Assembly (NCBI RefSeq): GCF_964204645.1
Contig: NC_134027.1
Coordinates: forward strand, 16,524,485-16,588,484
Direction of reading: 5' to 3'
Source: Tubulanus polymorphus
Lineage: Eukaryota; Animalia; Nemertea
DNA: 64,000 nucleotides
Shown here: positions 46,357 to 58,651 of the stretch, one piece after another
Numbering within the stretch: position 1 is the stretch's first letter
Layout of the letters: each line of letters begins with the position of its first letter
Translations under genes and position numbers: made by a program
The notes under the pieces: model-generated
What the model was told of the DNA's origin: nothing
The model's database searches: none
Seen by the model: only the letters and a program-made list of their open reading frames with translations

Positions 46357-49300
46357 CTAAAGCTCGTTGAGCAATTCCTCGACGTACTCGTCCAACGGAG
46401 TCCTGGCATTTTTGTGGCCGTAAGCGAGCGTAGCGATACCATCATCGGCGATCCACCTCTTACTGTCGAAGGGACTGAGACTCTGCTTTGTCATACGCAG
46501 GCCGTACATTTTGTGACCCTCGCTTCTCAGCATATTCATTCCGTGCTGGAAGACCTTCTTGTGGAACAGACATTCCTTGTATTGCTCGTGGCGGATCTGT
46601 TTCTTCACCACGTTCTTTTTCACACCCTTGGCCTTCTTGATGTTAGTCTGATCGGCTTTTAAGATGCTGTACATCTTCGGTCTGAGCCCGACGTACTCTT
46701 GGATGGGTGTACCTGCGCACTCGTCTTTCATCTTACCTAGAACCTTCTTGTTGACGTTGCTATGCAGCGGGTGATTTCCCTGGTAATCGCTAGTATCGTA
46801 ATGGTCGTTGTTCGATTCCATGTCTTCGTAGATGTCTTCCGTCTCAATCTCTAGCAGAAGACTGTCGGTGTCAGTGTACAGCAATCGAGTACGATCGCCG
46901 TATACCTGTTTCATGTGGTTATAGTAGAAGTCGTACATCAGCAGCTTGCTGAGATCGAGCACAGACATCCCTACGTAAACGGGCCTATTCAGGTACAGAT
47001 TAGTCTTGTACATGTGCATCGCGGCAAGATCGTCGTCAAACACCTTGGACCTGGCGAAGTTCGGCTTGGCTATCAACTTCCTCAACCTGTCTTCCTCGTT
47101 TGATCTGACAAGCTTCACGTCTACACTGCGTCTAAGATTTTCCATGGTCTTGCCGAATACGGAGTTATTCATCAGCTTGTACAGGTCCTTCTCGAAGTCG
47201 CTGGCTGCTAGCTTTCTTAGTTTTGTGTTCAGTCTTATATACGGCTCCATCCACGGCGATTGGTCGAATTCGAGGGCGCGATGAATCTTTGTGAGCTTCA
47301 GTCCTAGCTCCAGGTACAACTTAAGGTTCCTGTAATGAACGACGTATCTCTCCTTGTTGCGGAGATTAGGCACCAGTTTTTCCGTTTCGGTCGAACCCCC
47401 CAGTCTTCCTAACAGATCTTGCTGGTACTGCGACATCCAAGCTTCTTGAACCTTAAGCCTTTCCGGTGCCAGTGGGTACTCGTTGTGCGAGTCGTGCAGC
47501 CCCCTGGGGTATTCCAAGTCTACCTCTAGAATGTATTCTTTCTCTGCGTCATCCGGATGTCCCGATACATTGAGTTCTTGCGGCCTTTCAACCCACTCGA
47601 ATCCGCCCGTTGGCAGGTGTTGCGACATAGCCCAGCCATATAAGTTATTCGCGTCAAGGTACATTATGTGTGTCGTCGGCTTCTTTGGATCGTGACCGGG
47701 AACCAAAGGATTGTTGGCCCTGCAGTGGCGTTTGCTGACCATGGAAATGCCACCTCGCAGACCCTTTTCGATGAATAAGAACTGGTCGTAGTCCATTAAG
47801 AGCTCTAGTTTAACCTCTGTTTTCTTAAGTAGAGCGTCCCAGCTAAGACCCGGGCTGGTGTAATACTGTGCGGGATCTAGGCCGTACTGCTTCACGCAAA
47901 TGGACCTGAAATTCTCGAATACATCGGCGAGAAGAACCGTATCGGTCCTCAGATAGAGGTCGTGGTAGTCACCCATAGTACGGCAGTGAAACGTGGCCCA
48001 TACCTTTTGCGCGTGGGCAGTCTTGATCGCTGATTCCCGCCTCTGATAGCTTGCTGTAGAAGGCTCCTTTTGACGGACGCTGGGTATCCTGGAATTTCTC
48101 CCAACTGTCCATGTACTCGTATGGGTATACGCCCTTTCTCAGTAACAGCTCTAGTTTTTCGGGTACAGGTTCGGCCGCGGCTGTCAGCGTAAAGCTCCCC
48201 TTAGCGGCTGACGCAACCAGTCTGTCAAGTGGGGCCAGCAAGAACTGCACAGAATCGATGAACCGCAAATTACCGAGACTGAATGAGATGTACTTCTCCA
48301 TGTTATTCGGGATGCACGTTATCTTTCCTTCAGTCCGACCGATTGCCTGCATGATGAGATGAGAGTCGTAACCGCGGAGGTTGTGAAACACGACCGGTAT
48401 AGGCGTGTATTTCGCGGACAGTCGCAACTTGAGATTGCACTCGTTGTGGGCCGGGCCCCGGTAGTCACCCGTTATGTGATCGTGATCCCTGACCCGATCC
48501 TCATAGAGTGGTTTGTCGCATACGTAGCAATTTTCCGCTTCCTCGAATGACGTTTGCTCCTCCCGAGTAGTTGCCATAGGCGCGGGATGGGCGAGCACGC
48601 CCTTGATTTTCTCCTCTTCCCCTTGGAGGTGCTGAAGGAATACCGCCGCAGCGTCTTGGCCTCTATAAAGGACGGGTGGTTCGTGTTTACCGTCGCTTCT
48701 CACTACCACGTACGAGAACCCGCACGCCTCGTGAAGTTGAGTCTTTTCGCTACCTTTCTGGTTCGGGTTCCTTCCGGGGCCCTCGAATTTGGTTGTAATG
48801 GCTTCGAAGTCGGCATAGATGACGAACGGAATCTTGAGCTGCTTGTGATGATTGGTGAACCGCAGCACTTTGTCCTCCTCCGAGGGCATACTGGTACGCA
48901 TCGGACGTCCGTTGACTCCTCGACAATCTGACCTGTGCCTCTCCAGGAGATCTTCTCTGGTGAAACAATGAAGGCACCGCTCGCAGAAGTGTTTCCTCCC
49001 TTCAAACTTACTCTGGGTGAACAACAGGCGATTGAGGTCTTTGATCCATGTGTAATGCTGTTTCTCACCGCTCTCTACGAGTAGCAAGTTAATTCTAGGA
49101 ATGGGGGCCGGGCCATCGCTGATATGCAGTGGGTACACGCCTTTGTCATACCCGAACACGTTGATTGCCAGTCCGTTTTGTCGTTCGACCATAGGAATCT
49201 GACTCAATGGTGTTGGTGAATCGATGCCTGTAAAGTCATGCTGGTCCCAGTGATTCGCATACTTCGATGGCCTTTGGGGGTCTCTCTCTACGGGGTATTT

Positions 49301-50022
49301 CGAGGCCAGTATTGACCACTTAAGGCAGTGATCATCTCTATTTTTGACATTTACGACGGCGTGTCTTCTCTTGACTGCGACGGGGAGGTCGATATAAGAA
49401 CCGCCTCTCAACGGTTGATATCTGGCGATATTCAGGAATAGTTCGACTACCCTCTCTACAGCCCATCCGGAACCTTCTCTCATATAATTCTCAATACTCT
49501 GTAAAACCCTAGCTTCAGCTTTACCCAACTCCTCATTTATGTTAGCCGCCTTCGATAGAACGTATTGCTTTGACCAGAAGGGCGGCTCGACGTGCGCATA
49601 GGTGCCGTCGTTCTTCTCCTTCCTCAACGAAACCCGCAGAGCAATGGAGAATTTTACACCCTTAAGGTCAATGATCTCCTCGACTAACTTCTCCCTTACA
49701 TTGTTCCGCTGCTCGCGCAAGAATATCGACGGATCAGTCACATCGGTGGCTGGTCTCAAAACCCAGGCCCTCAGATAATTTTGGATAGCAAACGGGGCCC
49801 TATGAAACGCGGGTTCTGGCTCCGGTAGAATCTCATCCCAAATCGGATCATCGTCCGGTATAATGTTTTCTACCTTGTACTTGGGTTTTCTGGGGGCGGG
49901 TTTTGGCTTTCTCGGAGCAGGCGTCGGCCTGCGGGTCAACTGGTTGATGGCATCGGCATATGTTGCGACAGTAATCTGCCCGTCTCGAAGTAAATCGGTC
50001 AGACTTTTTACCGCGCTGTCCA
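46357..50022 (-). pseudogene. polB: Protein-primed family B DNA polymerase with one frameshift near 48020
   Basis: Exonuclease motifs IYADFE, FHNLRGYD; inserted endonuclease VII-like CYVC...DHDHITG...AHNECN; polymerase motifs YLDANNLYG, KLMNNSVFGK, YTDTDS. Two overlapping ORFs (47969-50098 and 46357-47976). Confidence 0.93.
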
Positions 50023-50400
50023 TTTTGCTTTCGCATATATGAGAAATGTATGTCTCTAAATGGAAATTTTTGGGGGGCCCCTCGACAGAAGTCGGCACAC
50101 GCCGAGTGTTGGCCGGGCCTGGCCACGTCCAAGGGACATGACTCTGGGTGCCTGCCGATGTCTCGGTTGTTTGCCGGCTTCTGCATCAGCATAGAACTTT
50201 CTAGGCTATTTCGCAATCAGTGACAATCAGGTCGCACCGCTGATAGCGTCAGCTTAAGAGGTGAATTCCAGGTCAGAGCGTTTCACATACTTGTATATAC
50301 CGTAAATATCTATGTAAATAACACTTTGTTGTAGGTGCATTATAGCGGTTGGTTTATAGGGGCTGGAGGGGGTTTGCCGGCCCCTTGGCGTGTTTTCCAT

Positions 50401-50715
50401 GGTCCACAGGGGTTCTTCTTAGGGTATTTAGGTGGAGAAAAAGCTTTGAGGGGGTACATAGTACACCGGGGTAAGGATGGGCTGCGCCAGAACCGCGGTC
50501 CACAGGGGTTGTCTTCTTAGGGTATTTAGGTGGAGATAAAGCTTTGAGAGGGTACACGGTATACCGGGGTAAGGATGGGCTGCGCCAGAACCGCGGTCCA
50601 CAGGGGTTGTCTTCTTAGGGTATTTAGGTGGAGATAAAGCTTTGAGAGGGTACACGGTATACCGGGGTAAGGGTGGGCTGCGCCAGAACCGGGGTCGGGC
50701 TGCGCCAGAACCGCT
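50401..50715. repeat. About 3 copies of a ~97-bp subterminal repeat of the Maverick
   Basis: GGTCCACAGGGG at 50401, 50497 and 50595. Confidence 0.88.
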
Positions 50716-51567
50716 ATTTTGTATACTACTAATACATTACTGTTCCGTTTCTATATTAACTGTGGAAAAAAGACTCCGATATAGTAACCGTAGTACTATA
50801 GCGTCTATGAATAGCGAGCAAGTATCAGCTGAACATCAATGCGTTTTGCCGTACTATCGACGTTGCAGTACGCGCTTCGAGGAACTGCGGTGGATGACGT
50901 CATTCGTCCGTCCATGACGTACCTTGTTGTGTCTGGTAGCTGTTGCGTCACTTCGCGGTAAATTCTAAACTCAAACTGTGAACTGTTTTGTGCTTAACTT
51001 TCGACTGTTTAGTGTGCGGGGACAGCGGTCTCGAATGAACTTTTTTCCGATTGGGTATCCAGAACTTTAAATGCGGTTTTATGATAAACTATATCATGAA
51101 GTTTAATATGCGTTGTAGTGTCGAACTCTAAGAAATAGTTACTCGTTATAATGAATTGTTTACTAATGTTCTTTTTCAGGATTTGTTCTAGAGGTATCAG
51201 CGGGATATTCACGAGTTGGTTTAAATTCAAAATTTCGGGACGAAATTTAAACTGGATAGGGAGTGTTGATCCACAGGTAGATTTTCGTAGTAACTGAAAA
51301 TGTTTCGTTGTATTTAGAAATGTTCTTAATGTTGTTTCCGTATGCGTGGGGGTTACGTTAAAGCCGTCAGACAAGAACGTACTAGTAGTAAGAATTACGA
51401 AAGTTTTTGTTTGATGCTTTCATCTACCAACGCAAGCCATAAATCAGTCTATAAACAACAATTCTTTCTCGGTTCTTCTGCTGTGAGATCTGGCAAACAT
51501 TCAGAAAATCTTTATATAAAACTTTTAAATAGTTGGAACCATATTTGGTTTGGTCGGAACAATGGAG

Positions 51568-52505
51568 TGTAATGAGGCTCGTGAAGGGATCACGCTGATA
51601 CTTGATGATATTCCCGGCTACTTTCCGTAAAAGGAAAAACCGGAAGTTTAGGAAGATGTGGTTGTTTTGCTTATCCTGTATTAAAATAGAATTAGTTAAA
51701 TTGTAGATAAAATAATTAGTATAAGTATTTCAAATAATTTAAGAATTGACAATCAATCACAATGTATTCCGAATCGTAGTTAATTATAATAATTAAAAAA
51801 AGAAACAATGAATTTGTACTGTAATTAGAAAAGAAAACAATGTTTTGAAAAGATATTTAATTTGAGTAATCTAGATGTTGTTTAAGAACAAATTGTTAAT
51901 AATCGCTAATGTTTTAGAAAAATTAATTTGTGTTAAATGTTAAAACTAGCTGTCTGAAGTTTCTGTTGTCTGTATGCGCTCGTTGGTAATTCACAGACAA
52001 TAGCTGCTCTCTCAACAACGACTAGCAAGGAGTGAGTTGAGGAGGGTTGGAAGGAAAAAGTAAGTTTAGCAAATCAGTATTGAAAATAATTTTAGATCAG
52101 CGAATCATCAAGGCCAAATTCTATATGACCAAAACAGTCATTACAGTAAGGTTGCTGCTCCTTGCCAAAAGTCGAGTGGGAGAATCGGTATTTTAAGAAT
52201 GCCGATTCTTTCTATAAAAGGGACCCGCATCTTGAGAGAGCAGTCAATCGAGAGAATCTGTACCTTAGTAAGACGAGTGTCGACAGCAGGACAGGAGAAC
52301 CTTCGGAACGATAGGGATTCATATACAATAGGGATTAGGAAAATCATTCTTTGTTCAAGGTAAATAAAATATATTATCTTCAATATTATCATCCGGTATT
52401 TCAATTTATTCATTCGGATTTGTGCACGGACACGTTCTCTCGCCAGGGCCTTACTCAAGTATTTTATAGATAACGATTAAAGAGAGGATTGTGACCGGTG
52501 TATCA
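51568..52505 (+). repeat. Possible solo LTR
   Basis: TGT...TCA boundaries, TATA-like TCTATAAAAGGG near 52211 and AATAAA near 52363; truncates the decayed BEL pol. No TSD found. Confidence 0.25.
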
Positions 52506-55500
52506 ATATTTATGCAATCGAAATTGAATCAAAATGGAACAAAGGCCATTAATCAAACAAGGACCTTTATGAAGACAATCGTTTAGACTCGGTTTACCAT
52601 TCTTTCTGCAACTACAATTATAGACAATTCGAATCGGTGTTGTAACACTCTCTTTAACTACTGCGTGGTGAGGTATGCAATGACATGGCTTTTTATTCAA
52701 AACTTCCTCCTCGTCGACCAATTCAATAACACCTCTTTCGATTTGTTTCTGAATTATCTCATTATACTTGATAAGTGATTCAGATGTTAATCTGCGAGCC
52801 ATCGATCTTGTTCTAGATCTACATATACTGTAATTATCAGGTAACTCCAAGTGATCAGATTTCCAAGGTAAACGGGCTATATACCGGCCATCTTGGAATT
52901 CGATGTTATTTTGACAATAGTTATCATAAAAACAAATATCCGTGTCTTTCTCATCAGCAATAATTCTCAAGATCAATATTTTCTTGGTCATGTGAAGTAA
53001 TGACACACATTATTTGGGCGTTAGAATCACACTCATTCATATAAGGACCTGATAATAAGTACCCTAGCTTCCAAACAGCGGTAGGACCTGTACCACGAAT
53101 TACCCGGTCCCCCACAAACGACCAATAACACCAATCAGTACAGAAATTTCAAAGCAGTCCGAATCGACAGTTGTGTTGGCTAGTTTGAGACCTTAAAGGT
53201 AAGGGTATCTATTAACGGCCGATTCAACCTTTGTTGTTAACGGAGATGCCAAAGCTGGATAAACAATAGCATCGACGGCAATTCTTTCACCAATCATGGT
53301 TTCAACAAAAATACGCACTACTTCTAGGTTTCTTTCACTTTGTTTAATTGCACCAAAAGTAGAAACATTGACTTTTTCTGATCTTATGGGTTTAAGACCT
53401 AATTGTTCAACCATTTCTTCAGTCACAAATGATCGAGTCGAACCTTCATCGAATAATAAATTGGCTGAATATGGCGTACATTTCTGACCGTACACATTTG
53501 TAACTGCAGTTTTCAATAGAACTGATTTATTTATTGATACATGCAAAAAAGTTTCCCAAGTCTCCGTTTCTACCTAACGCATGCGCATTAGTCAGAGCTG
53601 GAATTGCTCTAAGTCGAGAAAACGGCACATTGCGCATGCGGCACTACATGTGAGCTACATGTGAACTTTAATGACTAATAGTCGCTGTAGTTTCCATTAG
53701 GTTCGAATCCCGTAAAAATATTGATCTTATTTACGCTGTTCATCTTATAAGCGGCGCTATCAGATTCGAAACCCGAAAATTACTGATCGTATTTCAAGCG
53801 TTACGACATGAACTTTGATGATTAAAGTGTCGCTGGGTTATTGTTTGCCCAGTAAAAAAGTGATAGCATCCCGAATATGAAATAATGAACTTTGATAGCC
53901 CCAGGAATTACTTTTAAGTGCTATTAGGTTCGAATCCCGAACGTGTAGCAGAAAAAAACATTCATCATTTTTAATATACCGATATATATCTTAGATTTTT
54001 AGCTTATGGCAAGACCACTTGAACACCTGTCATTCCCAAAAATACAAATGATCCTATAAGAGGATCATTAAGAGTCTTAAGTGACCAAACAAACTGCGCT
54101 TTTCCGCTGCGCAAAAGTTCACGCAGGTTCATTCCGTTATAGTTCTACGTTTCAGCGTTCTGACATGACTCAGTTTAGGAAAAAATACACATGTAGCGAC
54201 GCATGCGCACGCGACCAATTTCTGGACTTAGAGGATTTCCCCCAACACTTTCTAATGCGCATGCGTTATAAACAGAGACTTTGGAAACTTTACGGTTTTT
54301 GCTTGATACATGCGATTGATGTACTTCATTTGGAGGTTCAAATTCTGATTTATGTGTCTCATTCTCACCAGAAGAGGGCGACTGCTTCTTATCAGTATGT
54401 CGGGAAAAGAATTTCGAGCCACATAAACTAGAATGGTGATTGCCTTTACACCGTTTGCACCGAAACTTCGACTGACACTTGTTAGACAAATGTGGGCCTA
54501 AACAATTAAAACATAATAGTTTAGATTTAACAATGCCAAGTCGTTTTTCTACATCAACTATTTTGCTACAATTTGTCGGATTATGTGTTTCTTTGCAAAA
54601 AACGCAAGAACGTTGCTTGATGTCAGTAGCATTAAAAAATGATTCTGCTGTTGAGGATGTTAAACTAGGTTTATGATTAGAGCGCGCGGACTCCTCTCCG
54701 AGAACAAGAGAATCGAGAACATTAATTTCCATCTGCAATAAGCAACGCAAATCGAAGAGAGAAATATCTAAATTACCGCTATTCTGACGAGCTATATTCT
54801 CTATCACACATTTAAGCAACTTTTTTACAATAAGAGGCACTAACAACTTAGCATAAGTTTCCGGTCCCTGTGCAAGAGCTTGTAGACCACGTACGCATTT
54901 TTCAATTGAATCACAGTACTCGCGTAATGAAATCTGATTATAACTGGGTGGTTTTAACTCTAACATGGCGTTCATATAGGCGTTAACAATCTTATGCTCC
55001 AGGCCATATCTTTCAAGTAGAATATCTATAGCGATACCATAGTTAGCAGTTGTAAGAGTTAAACCAGAAATTGCCCTAGCCGGTTCCCCTTCTAACAGAC
55101 TCCGCAAATAGTTAAATTTCTCAACGTAACTCAAATCCGATACTTGATGTACAGCAGCATTATAGCTGTCCCAGAATTCAGGGAGGTCTTTAATATCGCC
55201 ATAGAATTTATGCAAAGTCAGTTTAGGTAATCTGCTGTGAAAACTAGTTCTTCGAAATTCGTTGGCATCCGGGTTCAATTTCGATGATAAGCGTAAGTGT
55301 GACTTACCAAGGCAGTGAATTATGCGTTCAAGGTCTTCGGTGTACTCAACCGCGTTACTGACTTCCTCTTCCAAATCGTTTAGGGTTGTTAGCTTTAAAA
55401 TCTTTTCGTCGACCTCGCGAATATTTCGTAGTTGACGCTTCAATCCTCCGATGAGCGATTCTATTTCGTCCGATGTTTGAAGGTCGACATCTGCCACAGC

Positions 55501-55899
55501 AAACAATTTGTCCAATTGCGACACCATTTTCGTCACCTGGCCGCGGTGACCACCTCTACTCTTCACCAGCCTAGACAGCTCCTCAGGTGTTTTCGTCATC
55601 CTGGTCACGGCACCAATTTATGTCGTAGAAAGTACAGACTAGCGAAGATTCGATACCCAAATACCAACAACGGAACCAGCAACGACCAGCGTATGATATG
55701 AAATGCACACAGATTTATTCCTTAACACGTATTTATACCCTGACACAATAACAAACAGTAACAATGATTTTGACCAGTACGGAGAGCATTCTGACTTAAC
55801 AATAGAGTTAATACACACTTTAAATTCAGCTTATGATAAGGATTATCAGTTTTACAACGAGGTTTATACACAGTTTATCGAACGATATTTCCAACAATC
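52503..55899 (-). mobile_element. Decayed, truncated BEL/Pao LTR retrotransposon
   Basis: Gag 55608-54312 (LPKLTLHKFYGD, zinc knuckles), protease LFDEGS (53193-53542), pre-RT IPHHAVVKES...IRIVY (52503-53006). tRNA-His-type PBS TGGTGCCGTGACCAG at 55601-55615. Partial LTR 55621-55899 cut by viral copy 2. Confidence 0.88.
53543..54302. mobile_element. MULE-like MITE (760 bp)
   Basis: Imperfect ~110-bp TIRs GCAAAAA...TTTTTGC; 9-bp TSD TTGATACAT (53534-53542 and 54303-54311). Removal rejoins Gag-protease as QSHVSINKSVLLKTA. Confidence 0.82.
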
Positions 55900-56020
55900 A
55901 GTAAATGGGAATAAGTTGTTTCAAGCCAAAGGTCGAAAGGTCGAAAAATAAATTCTCGCACACTCAATTTATTTTTCGACCTTTCGACCTTTAGCTTGAA
56001 ACAGCTTATTCCCATTTACT
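55900..56020. repeat. 121-bp terminal fold-back palindrome of viral copy 2
   Basis: 55-bp arms AGTAAATGGGAATAAG(T/C)TGTTTCAAGC(C/T)AAAGGTCGAAAGGTCGAAAAATAAATT with 2 mismatches; 11-nt loop CTCGCACACTC. Confidence 0.92.
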
Positions 56021-56079
56021 CTTAAAACATTAATCTAATAACTTCTAAAATCAATTTTAGTAAAAAATTTGATATTAAA

Positions 56080-56421
56080 ATGGAGAGTTAACAAATACAC
56101 AGTGAATTCTTAGATAGAATTAAAGATACTACAAATGCTAAATCTGTAGATTATAACTTTAAGAAGTTAACAGAATTAACAATTCATAAGAAATATTTAA
56201 TTACAAATATTGATACAGTTTCTAACAAATATGGAGATAAATTAGTTATCCTTTTAGAATATGAAGGATTAAAGGGAAATGAATATAAATTCAGAACATA
56301 TTTACCAGATAGATTTCATAGATTATCAAGTGAAGATTTAGAAGAATTATGTTCAGGTGATTTCTATTTCATATATAAAGGTAAGAATGAAAAAGGGCAC
56401 CATGAAAAAGATTTCGAATAA
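56080..56421 (+). pseudogene. Small terminal viral gene, frameshifted near its start (not in ORF track)
   Basis: Open from 56101: SEFLDRIKD...FKKLTELTIHKKYLITNIDTVSNKYGDKLVILL...FRTYLPDRF...FYFIYKG. Beta-rich; an OB-fold role is only a guess. Confidence 0.6.
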
Positions 56422-56437
56422 AATATGTAAAATAAAC

Positions 56438-57180
56438 GGTAGAATTAAAATATAGAATATTTGTTGATTCAAGAAGACTTACAAATTATAAATCACATAA
56501 TTTACTAGTACAATTAGATAGAGAATTTAAAAATTGTGTAGATTTGAAATTAGTAAATGTAAGTTTATGTAACTCTTTTTAGAATATTGGATAAATCTAT
56601 TGAACATAGAGACTTTTTAATTCATGACAGAAATAAGAATAGATGGTTTCATCTTTATCTTAAACCAGGATTATATAATTTAGAAACATTAGCTCAAGAA
56701 ATTAATAAAAGAGCACGCTCAAAAATGGGCGCATCAGGATTTGGATTAAGACCGATTTAAAGTGAAAGCTCTGATAAAGTAACAATAAAATTAGGAAATG
56801 AAGATCAACATCAATTTCTAGTTAAAAAACCTTTAGCTAAAATTTTAGGAATAACCCCAGATGTAAGAATACGTAATGCTGATGCTACACCAAACTCAAT
56901 ACCCTTTACACACTTTTACATTTATTGCAATTTAATTGACCCTACAAAGACATTTGAAGCAACTAAAGATACAATTTGTAATTCTGGTTTATTGAATATT
57001 TTACCATTGAAGAATGTTAAAGAATTTGGAACTCAAATAAATTATAATTTAGCCGAGTGTGATTTCAAACCTTGTATTCCTCAATTTAATAATTTTAGAT
57101 TAGTAATTAGAAATCACAATGGATAGTTAATTGATTTGAATAACTTTCCTGTAATTTATGAATTAGTTAAGAAATTTTTT
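56438..57180 (+). pseudogene. Minor capsid (penton-like) protein, decayed (not in ORF track)
   Basis: YRIFVDS...NSF*NI, HLYLKPGLYNLETLAQEIN, FYIYCNLI and FRLVIRNHNG*LIDLNNFPV match the Polinton/PLV minor capsid pattern; several stops. Confidence 0.7.
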
Positions 57181-57191
57181 TCACTATATAA

Positions 57192-57533
57192 ATGAATAAA
57201 ACTGTTGGACCGAGTATATGTTTTGGGTTTGATTTTAAACATGGCAAAGAAATGAGAATTAAACTAGATGATGTAATTAATGCTTTTAAAAGTAAATCAT
57301 TTAATAATGCATCAATGATTAATAAAAAAAATTATAATATAGAAAAAGTAATTGATTTAATTAAAACATTTTTAGAATATTATGAATTAAATGAAGATGG
57401 AATTAGCGATGACATTAAAAACATATTTTCTAAAATATATGATAATCATAAAAGTAGTAATGAAATAAATGTTGAAATAATCATAACTAAGTTAACTAAA
57501 TATTTTGAAGATTGTAATTTTTTTGATAAATAA
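57192..57533 (+). CDS. Hypothetical viral protein (113 aa)
   Basis: ATG ORF abutting neighbours in the viral block. Confidence 0.55.
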   Translation: MNKTVGPSICFGFDFKHGKEMRIKLDDVINAFKSKSFNNASMINKKNYNIEKVIDLIKTFLEYYELNEDGISDDIKNIFSKIYDNHKSSNEINVEIIITKLTKYFEDCNFFDK

Positions 57534-57755
57534 ATGAGTGATAATAAGTGGATAATAACTGGTTTATATAATGGAGCATTACTATCAGTTGGAACTGTTG
57601 GTTATACAATGGTATTAAAAAAAGTATTCAAAATGGGAAGTATTAATGTTGATAGATTTGATATAAATGATATCTTAAAATTAACGTTAGCAGTTACTTT
57701 ATCTAATTTAACTATTGATTATTTGGAAAAACAAAGATATATTCCTTCTATATAA
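57534..57755 (+). CDS. Small hydrophobic viral protein (73 aa)
   Basis: TAAATG stop-start junction; two hydrophobic segments. Confidence 0.6.
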   Translation: MSDNKWIITGLYNGALLSVGTVGYTMVLKKVFKMGSINVDRFDINDILKLTLAVTLSNLTIDYLEKQRYIPSI

Positions 57756-57779
57756 ATGCGTAATGTTTTTGTTAAATAA

Positions 57780-58220
57780 ATGGCATCTGCAATTATTGCT
57801 ATTATAGGGTCAGCAATAGTTAACGCTTTAGCATTTACAGGTGGCGGATATTTGTTTAAGCATATTGATAAAAATAGTTCATTTGGAGAACAAAGAAGAC
57901 ATAACTTAGCATCAGAGAAATATAATAAAGCTGCAGAAGAATATAGAGAAAAGAGGCAAACCTATATGGATTACATTAACAAAGAATTATATAATCAGAA
58001 AATTTCACATAGAGATTTTCAATCAGTCGATGATGCTATGAGTTTATATAATGCAGTAACAAATGAAAAAAAATTACATCTATATAAACCTAAATTATCA
58101 GATTATTATACCCCAAGTAGTGAACAGAAGAAATATGAAATAATTTGGATTTTAGGTGGAACAGTTATTGTATTTTTGTTGCTAATAAATTTACTAATTA
58201 GTAATTTCTTTTCTAAATAA
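57780..58220 (+). CDS. Viral protein with hydrophobic N-terminus, coiled coil and C-terminal TM helix (146 aa)
   Basis: MASAIIAIIGSAIVNALAFTGGGYLF...; C-terminal IIWILGGTVIVFLLLINLLI. Confidence 0.65.
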   Translation: MASAIIAIIGSAIVNALAFTGGGYLFKHIDKNSSFGEQRRHNLASEKYNKAAEEYREKRQTYMDYINKELYNQKISHRDFQSVDDAMSLYNAVTNEKKLHLYKPKLSDYYTPSSEQKKYEIIWILGGTVIVFLLLINLLISNFFSK

Positions 58221-58651
58221 ATGGATGATAAAGTTGATAATATTGATATTATTCCTCATGATATAAATAAAACTAAATGAAAATTATATTTGGAAAAACA
58301 AATATTAGAATTTGAAAGTGACTTAAAGATAAAAAAGAAAAAATATTTAAAATCTAAAATTATATATTATTTTATTATTAGTGGATCAGTTACAATTAGT
58401 TCTGTAATAACATTTCTAGCATTATGCTCACCATTAACACCTTAAGCTATCTCAATTGGTGTGTAGGTTAAAGTTCAAGTGTTTTAACCGGAATAAGTTC
58501 AAAATTAGATATAAAAAGTAATAAAGAATAAATAAAATCTAATATAAAATAAAATAAATTAAAGAATACATTTGATTATATAATAAGTTTAAATGGTAAT
58601 ATAACAGTTGAAGAACAAGATAAATTATTAAAAGAATTAATTAATTATTAA
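58221..58651 (+). pseudogene. Two-TM viral protein, decayed
   Basis: MDDKVDNIDII... with in-frame stops; C-terminus NGNITVEEQDKLLKELINY matches window positions 1-60. Confidence 0.55.

Larger units (their letters stand above)
45923..50730. mobile_element. GC-rich canonical Maverick/Polinton, terminal fragment
   Basis: Integrase C-terminus and pPolB in convergent orientation, subterminal tandem repeats, and ...TATACTACT at 50730 (5'-AGTAGT Maverick terminus on the minus strand). Confidence 0.88.

Noticed and set aside
35959-50730. One complete Maverick comprising capsid, ATPase, integrase and pPolB
   Set aside because: A terminal palindrome and sharp GC shift at 45922/45923 separate the blocks, and the GC-rich block has its own truncated integrase and AGTAGT end.
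53695-53945. tRNA genes suggested by GGTTCGAATCCC B-box motifs
   Set aside because: No cloverleaf or A-box at proper spacing; the motifs are internal repeats of a MITE.
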